IMG/VR virus record: IMGVR_UViG_3300049188_000051
From: a virus
Reading direction: 5' to 3' (one strand)
Length of the DNA: 41,676 nucleotides
Made by a program: the position numbers and the translations under genes
Notes under the pieces: model-generated
Databases searched by the model: none
What the model was told of the DNA's origin: nothing
What the model saw: only the letters and a program-made list of their open reading frames with translations
Part shown: positions 1 to 6,932 of the stretch, one piece after another
Layout of the letters: the number at the start of each line of letters is the position of its first letter
Numbering within the stretch: position 1 is the first letter of the stretch

Positions 1-127
1 AGCCCAGCGGATCGTGCTGGAACCCGGCGATGTCTTCGGTCAGCTGCTTCTCGATATGGTCCATCAGCTGCGTCCTGCATTCACGCGCTCGCGCGCTTCG
101 CGCAGGGCCTGGGCGCGGTCGACCACC
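1..127. repeat. Terminal direct repeat identical to 41550-41676 (circular-assembly overlap)
   Basis: Read directly: both ends carry the same 127 nt (agcccagcggatcgtgctgg ... ggcgcggtcgaccacc). Bases 1-63 duplicate the first 21 codons of terL and 64-127 the terS 3' end, so they are not separate genes. Confidence 0.95.
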
Positions 128-546
128 TCGACGACGACCTTGTCATTGAACAGCCGGTGATGCCGGCCCAGCATCTGCAAGGCGGCCTCCTTGGCGAGCT
201 TCACCTGGAATCGTCCCTTGGCATCCCACGACCAGCCGACGATGGCCCGCCGCACATCCTCGGGCAGCTTGGCGATGTCGGCTGGGCGCTTGACGTTGAT
301 GAGGGCGGCTGGGTCCAGCATGGCCATGTGCTCGATCTCCGTCAGAACACGGTCGGCGGTGATCTGCGTACGCTCGCCGCGAGCCTTCATGGCCTGGGCA
401 ACGGCGTCCGCAACCTCGGGCCGACCCAGCAGCGTGTGCGAGATCTGCTTCGCCGTCCGCTCGCTGTAGCCGGCGCGGATCGCCGCCTGCGTGGCGTTCA
501 GGTCCACCAGGTATTCGCGGACGAAGGCCTCCTGCTTTGGCGTCAC
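64..546 (-). CDS. terS: Terminase small subunit (160 aa)
   Basis: Frame of track ORF 64..756. The first 70 codons look non-coding. GTG at 546 is preceded by GAAGGAG (5-nt spacer) and overlaps the upstream stop (GTGA). The product starts VTPKQEAFVREYLVDLNATQAAIRAGYSERTA, the Terminase_2-type HTH signature. Its stop overlaps the terL ATG across the circular junction (TGATG). Confidence 0.85.
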   Translation of the reverse strand: MTPKQEAFVREYLVDLNATQAAIRAGYSERTAKQISHTLLGRPEVADAVAQAMKARGERTQITADRVLTEIEHMAMLDPAALINVKRPADIAKLPEDVRRAIVGWSWDAKGRFQVKLAKEAALQMLGRHHRLFNDKVVVEVVDRAQALREARERVNAGRS

Positions 547-938
547 GCCGGCTCCTTCGCCTTCTTCCGCGGCGCCGACGCAGTTGCTGCCTTGCGCGCT
601 TTGGTCGCCTTCGCCATCTGGTGGATCGGCGGCCACTGCGGCAGCGGCGCGCGCATCTGCGGGGCGTTGTTCGGGTCGCGGTTGAAGTTGACCCGGTGCC
701 CACGGACCACCGCCGCGACCGGCAGCTGATCGCGCGTGCGCTGCAGCGTCTCGCACCAGAAAGCGATTAGCGCCTCGCCACGGTAGTGCAGCGGCTGGGC
801 GCCGTTTTTGTAGTGGGCAATCATGCGCAGCGTGAGGTCGCAGCCGATGCGCTGGCTGATGTCCCTGCGGCTGAGGCCAGCATGCATCAGCTGATCGAGC
901 ACCTGGTGCCAGTCCGGCGCCATCTGCGGCGCCCTCAC
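543..938 (-). CDS. HTH-containing protein of unknown function (131 aa), directly upstream of terS
   Basis: Track ORF. HTH-like segment LSRRDISQRIGCDLTLRMIAHY and a Lys/Ala-rich C-tail. GGGAG lies 6 nt before GTG 938 (alternative ATG 923). Stop overlaps the terS start. Confidence 0.6.
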   Translation of the reverse strand: MRAPQMAPDWHQVLDQLMHAGLSRRDISQRIGCDLTLRMIAHYKNGAQPLHYRGEALIAFWCETLQRTRDQLPVAAVVRGHRVNFNRDPNNAPQMRAPLPQWPPIHQMAKATKARKAATASAPRKKAKEPA

Positions 939-951
939 GACCAGCTCCCGG

Positions 952-1131
952 TCAGAGCCCGCCGGCCAGCTTCTTCAGCAGCCAGTAGGTCTGGAGTGGG
1001 TTCAGCAGCACCAGCAGCACGACCAGTACGGCCCTGGTCTCGCTCACGCCGGAGGGGAAGGCCGCCATGACGAGCTGCACCAGCGCCGTGGTGATGGCGA
1101 TGGAGACAGCGATCAGCAAGGCCTTGAACAT
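952..1131 (-). CDS. Small two-TM membrane protein (59 aa, below track cutoff)
   Basis: Hand translation: MFKALLIAVSIAITTALVQLVMAAFPSGVSETRAVLVVLLVLLNPLQTYWLLKKLAGGL. 56 of 59 codons end in G/C (hand count), unlike the overlapping track ORF 935..1168. No clear SD. Confidence 0.6.
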   Translation of the reverse strand: MFKALLIAVSIAITTALVQLVMAAFPSGVSETRAVLVVLLVLLNPLQTYWLLKKLAGGL

Positions 1132-1164
1132 GGGCCGCCATTGTGCGGGTGAGATGACTTCGTG

Positions 1165-1410
1165 TCACGAACTTGCCTCCTGGTCAGCTTTCGTCAACGG
1201 CCGCTCCGGGTTCGCCGCATCCGCGGCCCACGCCTGGCGCACCTGCTGCTCGGTGACGCCGGCCTGTTCGCAGGCCATGCGGAGCTTGCGGCCGCGCTCG
1301 CCACGGCGGAGGAAGATGCGGGCCAGGCCGCGGGCGACGCAGCCGCGGCAGCCGGCGGCGAACTGGTGCGACTCCACGGCCGCGGCTTCGGTGCAGGCGG
1401 GGCAGCTCAA
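1165..1410 (-). CDS. Small Zn-ribbon protein (81 aa), CPAC-x16-CRGC
   Basis: C-terminal part of track ORF 1165..1563. TTG start at 1410 overlaps the upstream stop (TTGA), with GGAGG 7 nt upstream. Two CxxC pairs. Confidence 0.55.
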   Translation of the reverse strand: MSCPACTEAAAVESHQFAAGCRGCVARGLARIFLRRGERGRKLRMACEQAGVTEQQVRQAWAADAANPERPLTKADQEASS

Positions 1411-1793
1411 AACGCGCCCTCCTCTTCCGGCTCGGGCAGTAGCAGCGTGAACTGCGCGCCCGACACCGGCTGGCCGAACTCGATCTCGACGCCCCAGGGC
1501 CCGCGCTTCTGCTCGTAGACATAGCGCACCTGGTTGCGGTGCTTGTCGTCGACGCCGAGCCATGCCGCGACCTGATCTCGCACGCCCTTGAGCGCGCCGA
1601 CGAGGTTGTCGTCGTCCACGCCGGCCGACGGCGCAACGCGGGTCAGGCGCACGCTGCAGGGGATGGGCGGCTTGGGCTTGCCGTAGAGCGCGGTTGCAGT
1701 GGCCGTGCGCTCGGCCTTGACGCGCTTGGCGCGGACGGCGAAGTGCTCGCGGACGTTGAGTCCGGGGACTGTGCGGATGGGGACGTGGATCAT
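1407..1793 (-). CDS. rusA: RusA-like Holliday junction resolvase (128 aa)
   Basis: Internal ATG of track ORF 1407..2141 (MIHVPIRTVPG...). The motif GVDDDNLVGALKGVRDQVA matches the RusA D-x-D-N-x-x-K-x-x-x-D signature. ATGA overlap with the upstream gene. Confidence 0.55.
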   Translation of the reverse strand: MIHVPIRTVPGLNVREHFAVRAKRVKAERTATATALYGKPKPPIPCSVRLTRVAPSAGVDDDNLVGALKGVRDQVAAWLGVDDKHRNQVRYVYEQKRGPWGVEIEFGQPVSGAQFTLLLPEPEEEGAF

Positions 1794-2005
1794 GCCCGCA
1801 GCCCCAGCGCCTCGATCAGCGCTCTCAGCCCCCAGCCAAGCAGCGGCATGCCCACCAGGATGTAGGTCCACCAGAACGCCGCGGCGGTGATGCGGGGAAA
1901 TGCGCGCGGGCGCGCGGGATGGGTGCGACGCAGCGCCGCGGCCTTCACCTCCAGCCACTGAGACCCCAAGCGCAGCACTTGGGCGAGCACGCGAGCGGGC
2001 ATCAT
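1790..2005 (-). CDS. Small hydrophobic protein (71 aa)
   Basis: C-terminal part of track ORF 1790..2563 starting MMPARVLAQ. ATGA overlaps at both ends. Hydrophobic segment FWWTYILVGMPLLGWGL. Confidence 0.5.
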   Translation of the reverse strand: MMPARVLAQVLRLGSQWLEVKAAALRRTHPARPRAFPRITAAAFWWTYILVGMPLLGWGLRALIEALGLRA

Positions 2006-2916
2006 GCTGCCACCGCCGCAGCCCAGGAGCGGCATGCTCCCGACGAGATGACGCTCGGCGCCTTCGTGACCGCGAAGCGATCCGGCGGCGTCGGCAGCTT
2101 CGTGATCTTCGCTCGCGACATGTCGGCCGGGCCATCGACAAACGCCGGGCCGCGTGCCTTGATGACGACAGGTGCGGCCTTGGCGTTGCTCTTGAGCTGC
2201 GCCATCAGGCCGGCGGCCTTCGTCTCGGCCTTCAGGCGGGCCTGCTGACTCTTGGCCGAAGCGGCCTCGCGCTGCTTGGCGGCGGCCTTCGCCTCTCGCT
2301 CGAGGCGGGCGCGCTCTTTGCGCTGTTCGGCCTCGGCCAGTTGCAAGGCCTCGCGCTGCGCCTTCTCGGCGGCCCGCTTTGCAGCGTCCTCCTGCACCCT
2401 CGCCTGGCGCGCCGCCTTGCGTTCGGCGTTGCGCTTGATGTAGTACGGCATGCGGTTGGCTGTCGCCTTCTTTCGCGCGCTCTTGCGCTCGGCGATGGCC
2501 TTGTCCTTCGCCTTGACGTAGGCATCGCGCGCCTCGGCCGTCTTGAAGTAGTGCGTCGTCCACGCGCGGCCGCCGGACTCGGGATCGGCCTTGGCGCGCG
2601 CATGGAACGCTTGGCCGGCGTAGACCAGCGCATCCATGACGCGGGTCGCGTTCTCGTTGCTGGCGTACCCGAGCGCATCGCGAATCTCGGCGATGGTGAT
2701 GCCGTCGCGCAGGATCTCGAGGGCCTGCTGCCGGCGCAATTCGGCGCTGATGTAGGGACGGGTCATGTCGATGTGCTCCAGGGTTTGCAAGCCGACTCCG
2801 TCATGCCCAGGAGGGCACAAGCGCTCGGCGGGTTGGTGGTGTTCACTGGCTGCGTGGAAATGCGCGCAGTGGTCGCGCCTCGTGCACCAGCCGCCCATGC
2901 AAGGGGTCAGGGTCAT
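2002..2916 (-). CDS. Cys/His-rich N-terminus plus wHTH-like plus long Lys/Ala/Glu/Arg coiled-coil protein (304 aa), unknown function
   Basis: C-terminal part of track ORF 2002..3405. The start MTLTPCMGGWCTRRDHCAHFH overlaps the upstream stop (ATGA). An alternative start at MTRPYISAEL is possible. Confidence 0.6.
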   Translation of the reverse strand: MTLTPCMGGWCTRRDHCAHFHAASEHHQPAERLCPPGHDGVGLQTLEHIDMTRPYISAELRRQQALEILRDGITIAEIRDALGYASNENATRVMDALVYAGQAFHARAKADPESGGRAWTTHYFKTAEARDAYVKAKDKAIAERKSARKKATANRMPYYIKRNAERKAARQARVQEDAAKRAAEKAQREALQLAEAEQRKERARLEREAKAAAKQREAASAKSQQARLKAETKAAGLMAQLKSNAKAAPVVIKARGPAFVDGPADMSRAKITKLPTPPDRFAVTKAPSVISSGACRSWAAAVAA

Positions 2917-3848
2917 GGCTGGGCCTCCCACTGCAGCGCCTGCGCTTCGGCGTTCGCCGTCGCGTCGTCCTGCTCGTCGAAGGTCATGCTGGCCGGGATG
3001 GCGTGCTTGCGCATGGCCGGCGGCAGCACCTCGTCGGGGATGAGCGAGATGCCGGCGAACAGCACGCTTTCGGGCATGTCGGACCCCCACAGCGCGCGGC
3101 GCCACGCGTCCTTCTGCGACTGGTGCAGGGTCTCGCCGGCCTCTTCGCGCCGCTGCAGATCCTTCGCCCAGCCCTTGGGGTCTTGCCCGTCGACGCGCAT
3201 CTGCTCGACGAGCGACGTGACGGCAGCGCGGAACGACTCGCGCCCGCCGGCCTTCGGTGCCGGCAACAGCAGGCGCTGGCTGTCGGGCAACGGCAGCGCG
3301 GGGCAGGCCTCGTGCGCAGCCTCGGCCGTCAACAGGCCCTTCTCGACGGCGGCGGTCAGCGCCTGCTTGCGCTGGTGCAGGTCGTGCCCGAGGGAAGGCA
3401 CCCACAACGGACGACGGCCGGCGCGCTTGGCCTGGTCGACGATCCGCTCGTAGGCATCGCGAAAGGCGAACCGCGCGCCGACGCGATCACCGGCCTGCAG
3501 CAGCGGCGCCGCGACGCCGAACGCCTCGGCCATCTCCGTGGTCCACACCACGGACTGCGCTTCGCTCGTCGGCGTCATCGCCCAGGCCTCGTCGGCGCCG
3601 GGCCGGCCATCGCTGCGCGAGGCCTCGATTTGGTGGATGACGTCAGCCGGCGTCGGGGCGTACTTGCCGCGCTCGGGGTCGCGGACGTGAGCCGTGAAAG
3701 CCGCTGACACCTCGGCCAGCGAGTACGGCTGCAGAGCGGCGAAGAACACCGCGGTGTGCTCCACGCTCGGTGTGTAGCGGCCCTTGCTGATGAGCCCGCT
3801 GACGCTGTCGAGCATGGCCGAGAACGATTCGAGATCGGCGCTATCCAT
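2913..3848 (-). CDS. Putative replication / helicase-loading protein, lambda P-like N-terminal region (311 aa)
   Basis: Starts at MDSADLESF inside track ORF 2913..3908. FFAALQPYSLAEVSAAFTAHVRDPERGKYAPTPADVIHQIE resembles the P-type motif (from memory). It follows the DUF1376 gene. Confidence 0.4.
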   Translation of the reverse strand: MDSADLESFSAMLDSVSGLISKGRYTPSVEHTAVFFAALQPYSLAEVSAAFTAHVRDPERGKYAPTPADVIHQIEASRSDGRPGADEAWAMTPTSEAQSVVWTTEMAEAFGVAAPLLQAGDRVGARFAFRDAYERIVDQAKRAGRRPLWVPSLGHDLHQRKQALTAAVEKGLLTAEAAHEACPALPLPDSQRLLLPAPKAGGRESFRAAVTSLVEQMRVDGQDPKGWAKDLQRREEAGETLHQSQKDAWRRALWGSDMPESVLFAGISLIPDEVLPPAMRKHAIPASMTFDEQDDATANAEAQALQWEAQP

Positions 3849-4638
3849 CGATGAAATCCCCTTGCGGTGTGGGTGTGGGAATGCCAAGCAGGCGCTGCGT
3901 TGCGACAACCTTTGCGGAGCGGTCGTCTGTCGGCGACTGGGTGCGCTCTTGCGGCTTCAGCCAGTCCGCCTGCAGGCCCTGCGATCCCCGCGAGCACCAG
4001 ATGCGCAGGAAGGCGTCGAGCGACATCCCTGCCTTCGCCGCCTCGCTGGCGGCGCCCTTCAGCACCGTGTCGGTCACGGGCGCCTTCTTGGCCTTGCGCA
4101 GCTGCAGCCAGTCGGACCAGACCTGGGCATCGACGCCATCCGGGCAGGGCAAAGGCGCGGAGCGCTTCTCCGAAGCCCCCGTGGGGGGGGCTGAGGAATA
4201 CTGGTGTCTGGTGTCTGGTGTCTGGGGACGGGCGCGCGGTGCATTGCCTTCGCTATGCGTTCGCATTGCGTCCGCAGATGCGTTCGCATTGCCTTCGCTT
4301 TGCGTTTTGCCAGCGCTCCAGCGTGCCTCGGCGCTGCGTTTGGCCTTCGCCTGCTTGTCCTGGTAGCGGCTGATCTCGCGCTCGCAGCGCTCCTGCCGGT
4401 GGCTGTCGTCGACCAGCTCGAAGAACTCGGCCAGCACTGCATGCAGGGCCGCGCGCTCATCCCTGGAGCGAGCGCCGATGAGGCGAGCAACATCGGCCGC
4501 GGGAATCGCTCCCTCGCGGGTGTAGTACACGTCCATGAGGCGCGTGTAGACCCCGTGCTCCAGCAAGGACAGGTGGGCCGTGTCCTTGAGGTAGTCGCCG
4601 ATGTGACGCTCGTAGTAGTTCAAGCGGCGGTACTCCAC
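3841..4638 (-). CDS. Replication initiator-like protein: DUF1376 (YdaU-type) N-domain plus DnaT-like C-domain (265 aa)
   Basis: Track ORF (GTG start). YYERHIGDYLKDTAHLSLLEHGVYTRLMDVYY is the DUF1376 signature. The C-terminal part VWSDWLQLRKAKKAPVTDTVLKGAASEAAKAGMSLDAFLRIWCSRGSQGLQADW looks DnaT-domain-like. Confidence 0.75.
   Translation of the reverse strand: MEYRRLNYYERHIGDYLKDTAHLSLLEHGVYTRLMDVYYTREGAIPAADVARLIGARSRDERAALHAVLAEFFELVDDSHRQERCEREISRYQDKQAKAKRSAEARWSAGKTQSEGNANASADAMRTHSEGNAPRARPQTPDTRHQYSSAPPTGASEKRSAPLPCPDGVDAQVWSDWLQLRKAKKAPVTDTVLKGAASEAAKAGMSLDAFLRIWCSRGSQGLQADWLKPQERTQSPTDDRSAKVVATQRLLGIPTPTPQGDFIDG
4176..4310. repeat. Iteron-like direct repeats, 7-mer x3 and a G8 tract inside the initiator gene linker (candidate ori)
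   Basis: ATGCGTTCGCATTG at 4255-4268 and 4278-4291 (23-nt period). GCATTGC at 4241, 4263 and 4286. A degenerate fourth copy near 4301. (CTGGTGT)x3 at about 4201-4222. A G8 run at about 4183-4190. Confidence 0.4.
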
Positions 4639-5129
4639 TCGTCGCGGTTGTAGGGGCGCAGTTCGGGTCGCGCCGGGCCGTCGCCGCGGACCAGCGAGAA
4701 CCGCTCACCCGGGTACGTGCTGCTCCACCACACGAACTGGGCCTGCGCGTCCTCGGCATCGAAGTAGTTGCCGTCACGCCGGCCGCTGGCCAGGTGGACG
4801 ATCTGCCAGCCCCAATCGGGCGCGGCCACGGTGGCCACGTCGGCCACGTAGGGCGCCGGCCTGGCGCGGTTGCAGATCGGGTTCTCGGTCGCGATGGCGC
4901 GGCGCTCGGCCTGCTCGGCATCGCGGCGGCAGGGGTGCCACTCGATCTCGACGCGGGCGATGCGACGGAACCACTCGGAAGCCGTCTTGTGCTGGGCCAG
5001 GCGCTGCACAGCCGACAGGCTGATGCCGACGTAGAGCAGCTGGCCCTCGGCATCGAAGTGCCGATACAGCGCGGTGCGCACCGGGAGCTGCACGACGAGC
5101 GCGGAGGATTGGCAGCGGGCGGTGGTCAT
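4620..5129 (-). CDS. GIY-YIG-like domain protein (169 aa)
   Basis: Internal ATG (MTTARCQ) of track ORF 4620..5294, with ATGA overlap upstream. LYRHFDAEGQLLYVGISLSAVQRLAQH ... AERRAIATENPICN resembles a GIY-YIG / T5orf172-type core. Confidence 0.55.
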   Translation of the reverse strand: MTTARCQSSALVVQLPVRTALYRHFDAEGQLLYVGISLSAVQRLAQHKTASEWFRRIARVEIEWHPCRRDAEQAERRAIATENPICNRARPAPYVADVATVAAPDWGWQIVHLASGRRDGNYFDAEDAQAQFVWWSSTYPGERFSLVRGDGPARPELRPYNRDEWSTAA

Positions 5130-5287
5130 GCGGTGACGGGCGGCAGCTTGTCGTCGATCACGATCCCCGGCGGCGCCCAATCGCCCGTCTCGAAGGGTTT
5201 GACGGTGTCGGGCTGGGTCGGCTTCTGCTCTCGGATGGGAGCGCCCAGCTGCAGCTCGGGCTCGGAGGGCTCGTGGGTCGTCTTCAT
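5126..5287 (-). CDS. Small protein (53 aa), unknown
   Basis: MKTTHEPSEPELQLG... inside track ORF 5126..5365. ATGA overlaps at both ends. Confidence 0.5.
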   Translation of the reverse strand: MKTTHEPSEPELQLGAPIREQKPTQPDTVKPFETGDWAPPGIVIDDKLPPVTA

Positions 5288-5655
5288 GCTGCACCTCGCT
5301 GCAGTTGCTGCGCCTGGGCCTGCATGGCCTCCAGCACGGTCAGCTGGGCCTGCATGGCCAGCCACTGGCTAATGGCGGTGTTCCCGCACGCGGACTCGAA
5401 TGCCTTGATGCACGAGCCCGGCAGGTCGCGCTGATGCTTGCGCTGCAGCTTCGGGTCGGCCAGGTAGCAGGTGACGTGCGGTGCGTACAGCCCGGCCTCC
5501 TCGGCCAAGATGCGCATGGTCATCTTGGTGCGGCGACGGTTCGCCCAGCAGAAGCGCACGGCGCTGCGGTAGTCGGGGATCCGGGCGATGACGTCCGGGG
5601 GAACGACGCTCGGCGCGTCAAGCCTGCAGAGCAGGCGCAGAGGTAGCTGTTCCAT
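5284..5655 (-). CDS. HTH regulatory protein in the cII position (123 aa)
   Basis: Starts at MEQLPLRLL (GAGG 6 nt upstream) inside track ORF 5284..5907. HTH-like MTMRILAEEAGLYAPHVTCYL. It is the first gene after cro on the same strand. Confidence 0.5.
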   Translation of the reverse strand: MEQLPLRLLCRLDAPSVVPPDVIARIPDYRSAVRFCWANRRRTKMTMRILAEEAGLYAPHVTCYLADPKLQRKHQRDLPGSCIKAFESACGNTAISQWLAMQAQLTVLEAMQAQAQQLQRGAA

Positions 5656-5687
5656 TCGGGGCCTCGAAGGAAAAACCAATGGAGTTA

Positions 5688-5712
5688 CCCGTTGAACTAC
5701 CAGTTGAACGGG
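5688..5712 (+). promoter_or_regulatory. Direct repeat GTTGAAC-N5-GTTGAAC flanked by CCC/GGG (possible activator site of a PRE-like antisense promoter, or an RNA hairpin on the minus strand)
   Basis: GTTGAAC at 5691-5697 and 5703-5709. It lies 36-57 nt upstream of the cII-position gene start, on the opposite strand. Confidence 0.3.
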
Positions 5713-5910
5713 GGCGAAAGTGAAGGCATGAACACGACCTTCCTGATGCACCCGACCCTGCCCGCCGCGGAGAGCGGAGGCCCCCGCCTGGGCAGCGGGC
5801 TTTCGTGGGACGGATGCATCAGGAAGCACGCGGTGCAACGGCTGGTGAACCAAGTGACGCGAGGCCCGCTGGCGCGCGACGCAGACCACCGCGGTGGGCG
5901 CGCGCATGGC

Positions 5911-6177
5911 CTACCCCAGCGTGGCTGGTTCGGCGGGGGCGGCCGCGGGGGCGGGCAGGTCCGGCCAGATCAGCCAGTAGTCGTCGGGGCGGAGGTCCTG
6001 CCGTGCTACAGCACCGCCCGACTCACGCTCAATGGCCGATGCCAGGGCGGCGCTGGGCACTCGACCATCCTGGCGCGCGGCAAGCTGCGACAGGTAGACC
6101 CGGGTCACGCCCAGCCGCGCGGCGAATGCCGTCACGGTCGGCGAATCGCTTTCATCAAGCCACTTGCGGAGGTTCAT
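5911..6177 (-). CDS. cro: Cro-like / YdaS-type HTH repressor (88 aa)
   Basis: Starts at MNLRKWLDESDSPTVTAFAARLGVTRVYLSQLAARQDGRVPSAALASAIERESGGAVARQDLRPDD inside track ORF 5911..6267. Divergent from the CI-like gene. Confidence 0.75.
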   Translation of the reverse strand: MNLRKWLDESDSPTVTAFAARLGVTRVYLSQLAARQDGRVPSAALASAIERESGGAVARQDLRPDDYWLIWPDLPAPAAAPAEPATLG

Positions 6178-6180
6178 GCT

Positions 6181-6245
6181 GTATGAGATATGCATACGGA
6201 TGCCAGGAGCGTAATGCATACGTGTACCGTATGCAAGGGGAATAC
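6181..6245. promoter_or_regulatory. Divergent operator/promoter region (OR-like) with 17-bp GTATG-N7-CATAC sites
   Basis: GTATGAGATATGCATAC at 6181-6197. GTATGCAAGGGGAATAC at 6229-6245. Perfect palindrome TGCATACG-tgtac-CGTATGCA at 6215-6235. Tentative cro promoter on the minus strand: -35 TTGCAT (6236-6231) and -10 TACGCT (6213-6208). Confidence 0.55.
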
Positions 6246-6932
6246 GCTGCGGGCGTGAAAATCGCACTCCCTTTGCACCTACGCCGCCGCACGAACTTGG
6301 AGGCCCTGGCCGTCGAGTTGGGCGGGGTAACGGCCCTGGCTGATCTCGTGGAATCGCCGCGGCCGCACATCAGCGCCGTGATCAACGGTGACAAGCCGTG
6401 CGGCAACAGACTGGCAGCGAAGATCGAGGCGAAGACCGGCCGCGATCCAGGCTGGCTTGACGCAGACCACGGAAATCCGGTTCCTCCTGCGGTGGATATC
6501 AGCCTTTCGGCAGCGTTGCGCGTGCTCGGCTCTGCGTTGGCGCACGACATGCCCAACGACATCCGCCAGGACGCGGCCGACTTGTTGGCGAAGCTCGCGC
6601 TCCGAAGCGGCCTCGAGCGACATCAGGGCGACCTGGCAGACTTACTCGCGCCTTTCGCTGTGAATGAATACCGAACCACGGAGACGCGGGGGTCTGCACA
6701 AATCGGCGGAGCCGGCGTTGATCTGGATCGCGCCATGAGCCAGCGGCCCGCCGAACATGAGCCCGCAAACCCCCAACAACTAGGGGGCGCCGACCGGCCG
6801 CAACCTGCCCCGGTCGAATCCGACAGAGAGGGCACAGCAACATGGATCAGCAACGAGCCGCGTACGGATCAGCAACAGGAACGCCGGCCCGGCGAGCGGA
6901 AGCCATCGAAGCCAGGGAGGGCAGTCAAATGA
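6231..6932 (+). CDS. cI: CI-like repressor: N-terminal XRE-type HTH, low-complexity C-terminal half, no S24 peptidase motif seen (233 aa)
   Basis: Frame of track ORF 5805..6932. LEALAVELGGVTALADLVESPRPHISAVINGDKPCGNRLAAKIEAKTG is HTH-like. ATG 6231 sits inside the operator palindrome with no SD (leaderless-like). GTG 6222 and GTG 6255 are alternative starts. Confidence 0.6.
   Translation: MQGEYAAGVKIALPLHLRRRTNLEALAVELGGVTALADLVESPRPHISAVINGDKPCGNRLAAKIEAKTGRDPGWLDADHGNPVPPAVDISLSAALRVLGSALAHDMPNDIRQDAADLLAKLALRSGLERHQGDLADLLAPFAVNEYRTTETRGSAQIGGAGVDLDRAMSQRPAEHEPANPQQLGGADRPQPAPVESDREGTATWISNEPRTDQQQERRPGERKPSKPGRAVK

Noticed and set aside
64-756. Long N-terminal extensions of many track ORFs (for example 64..756, 1407..2141, 2002..3405, 5805..6932, 14151..15062)
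   Set aside because: The extensions overlap the upstream genes, are Arg/Ala/Pro-rich and lack an RBS. Internal starts with an SD or a 4-nt overlap to the upstream stop give products that begin at the recognisable domain.
935-1168. 77-aa ORF with AGGAGG 7 nt upstream of its GTG and GTGA overlaps at both ends
   Set aside because: It is tempting because of the strong SD and the coupling. However, third-codon positions are mostly A/T on hand translation and the product is Arg/His/Gly junk. The +1 frame (952-1131) has 56/59 G/C-ending codons and encodes a clean two-TM peptide. A frameshift fusion of the two frames cannot be excluded, but nothing supports it.
1900-3453. 517-aa plus-strand ORF
   Set aside because: It is antisense to the minus-strand replication-region genes, which are chained by ATGA overlaps. 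The composition is Arg/Ala/Leu-rich.
5692-6186. 164-aa plus-strand ORF spanning the cro-cII gap and all of cro
   Set aside because: It shows coding-like GC periodicity in 5728-5910. But it runs as the mirror frame through cro, has no good RBS (GAAGG only 1 nt from the ATG) and has an implausible sequence. It is kept only as a note in the finding on the gap.
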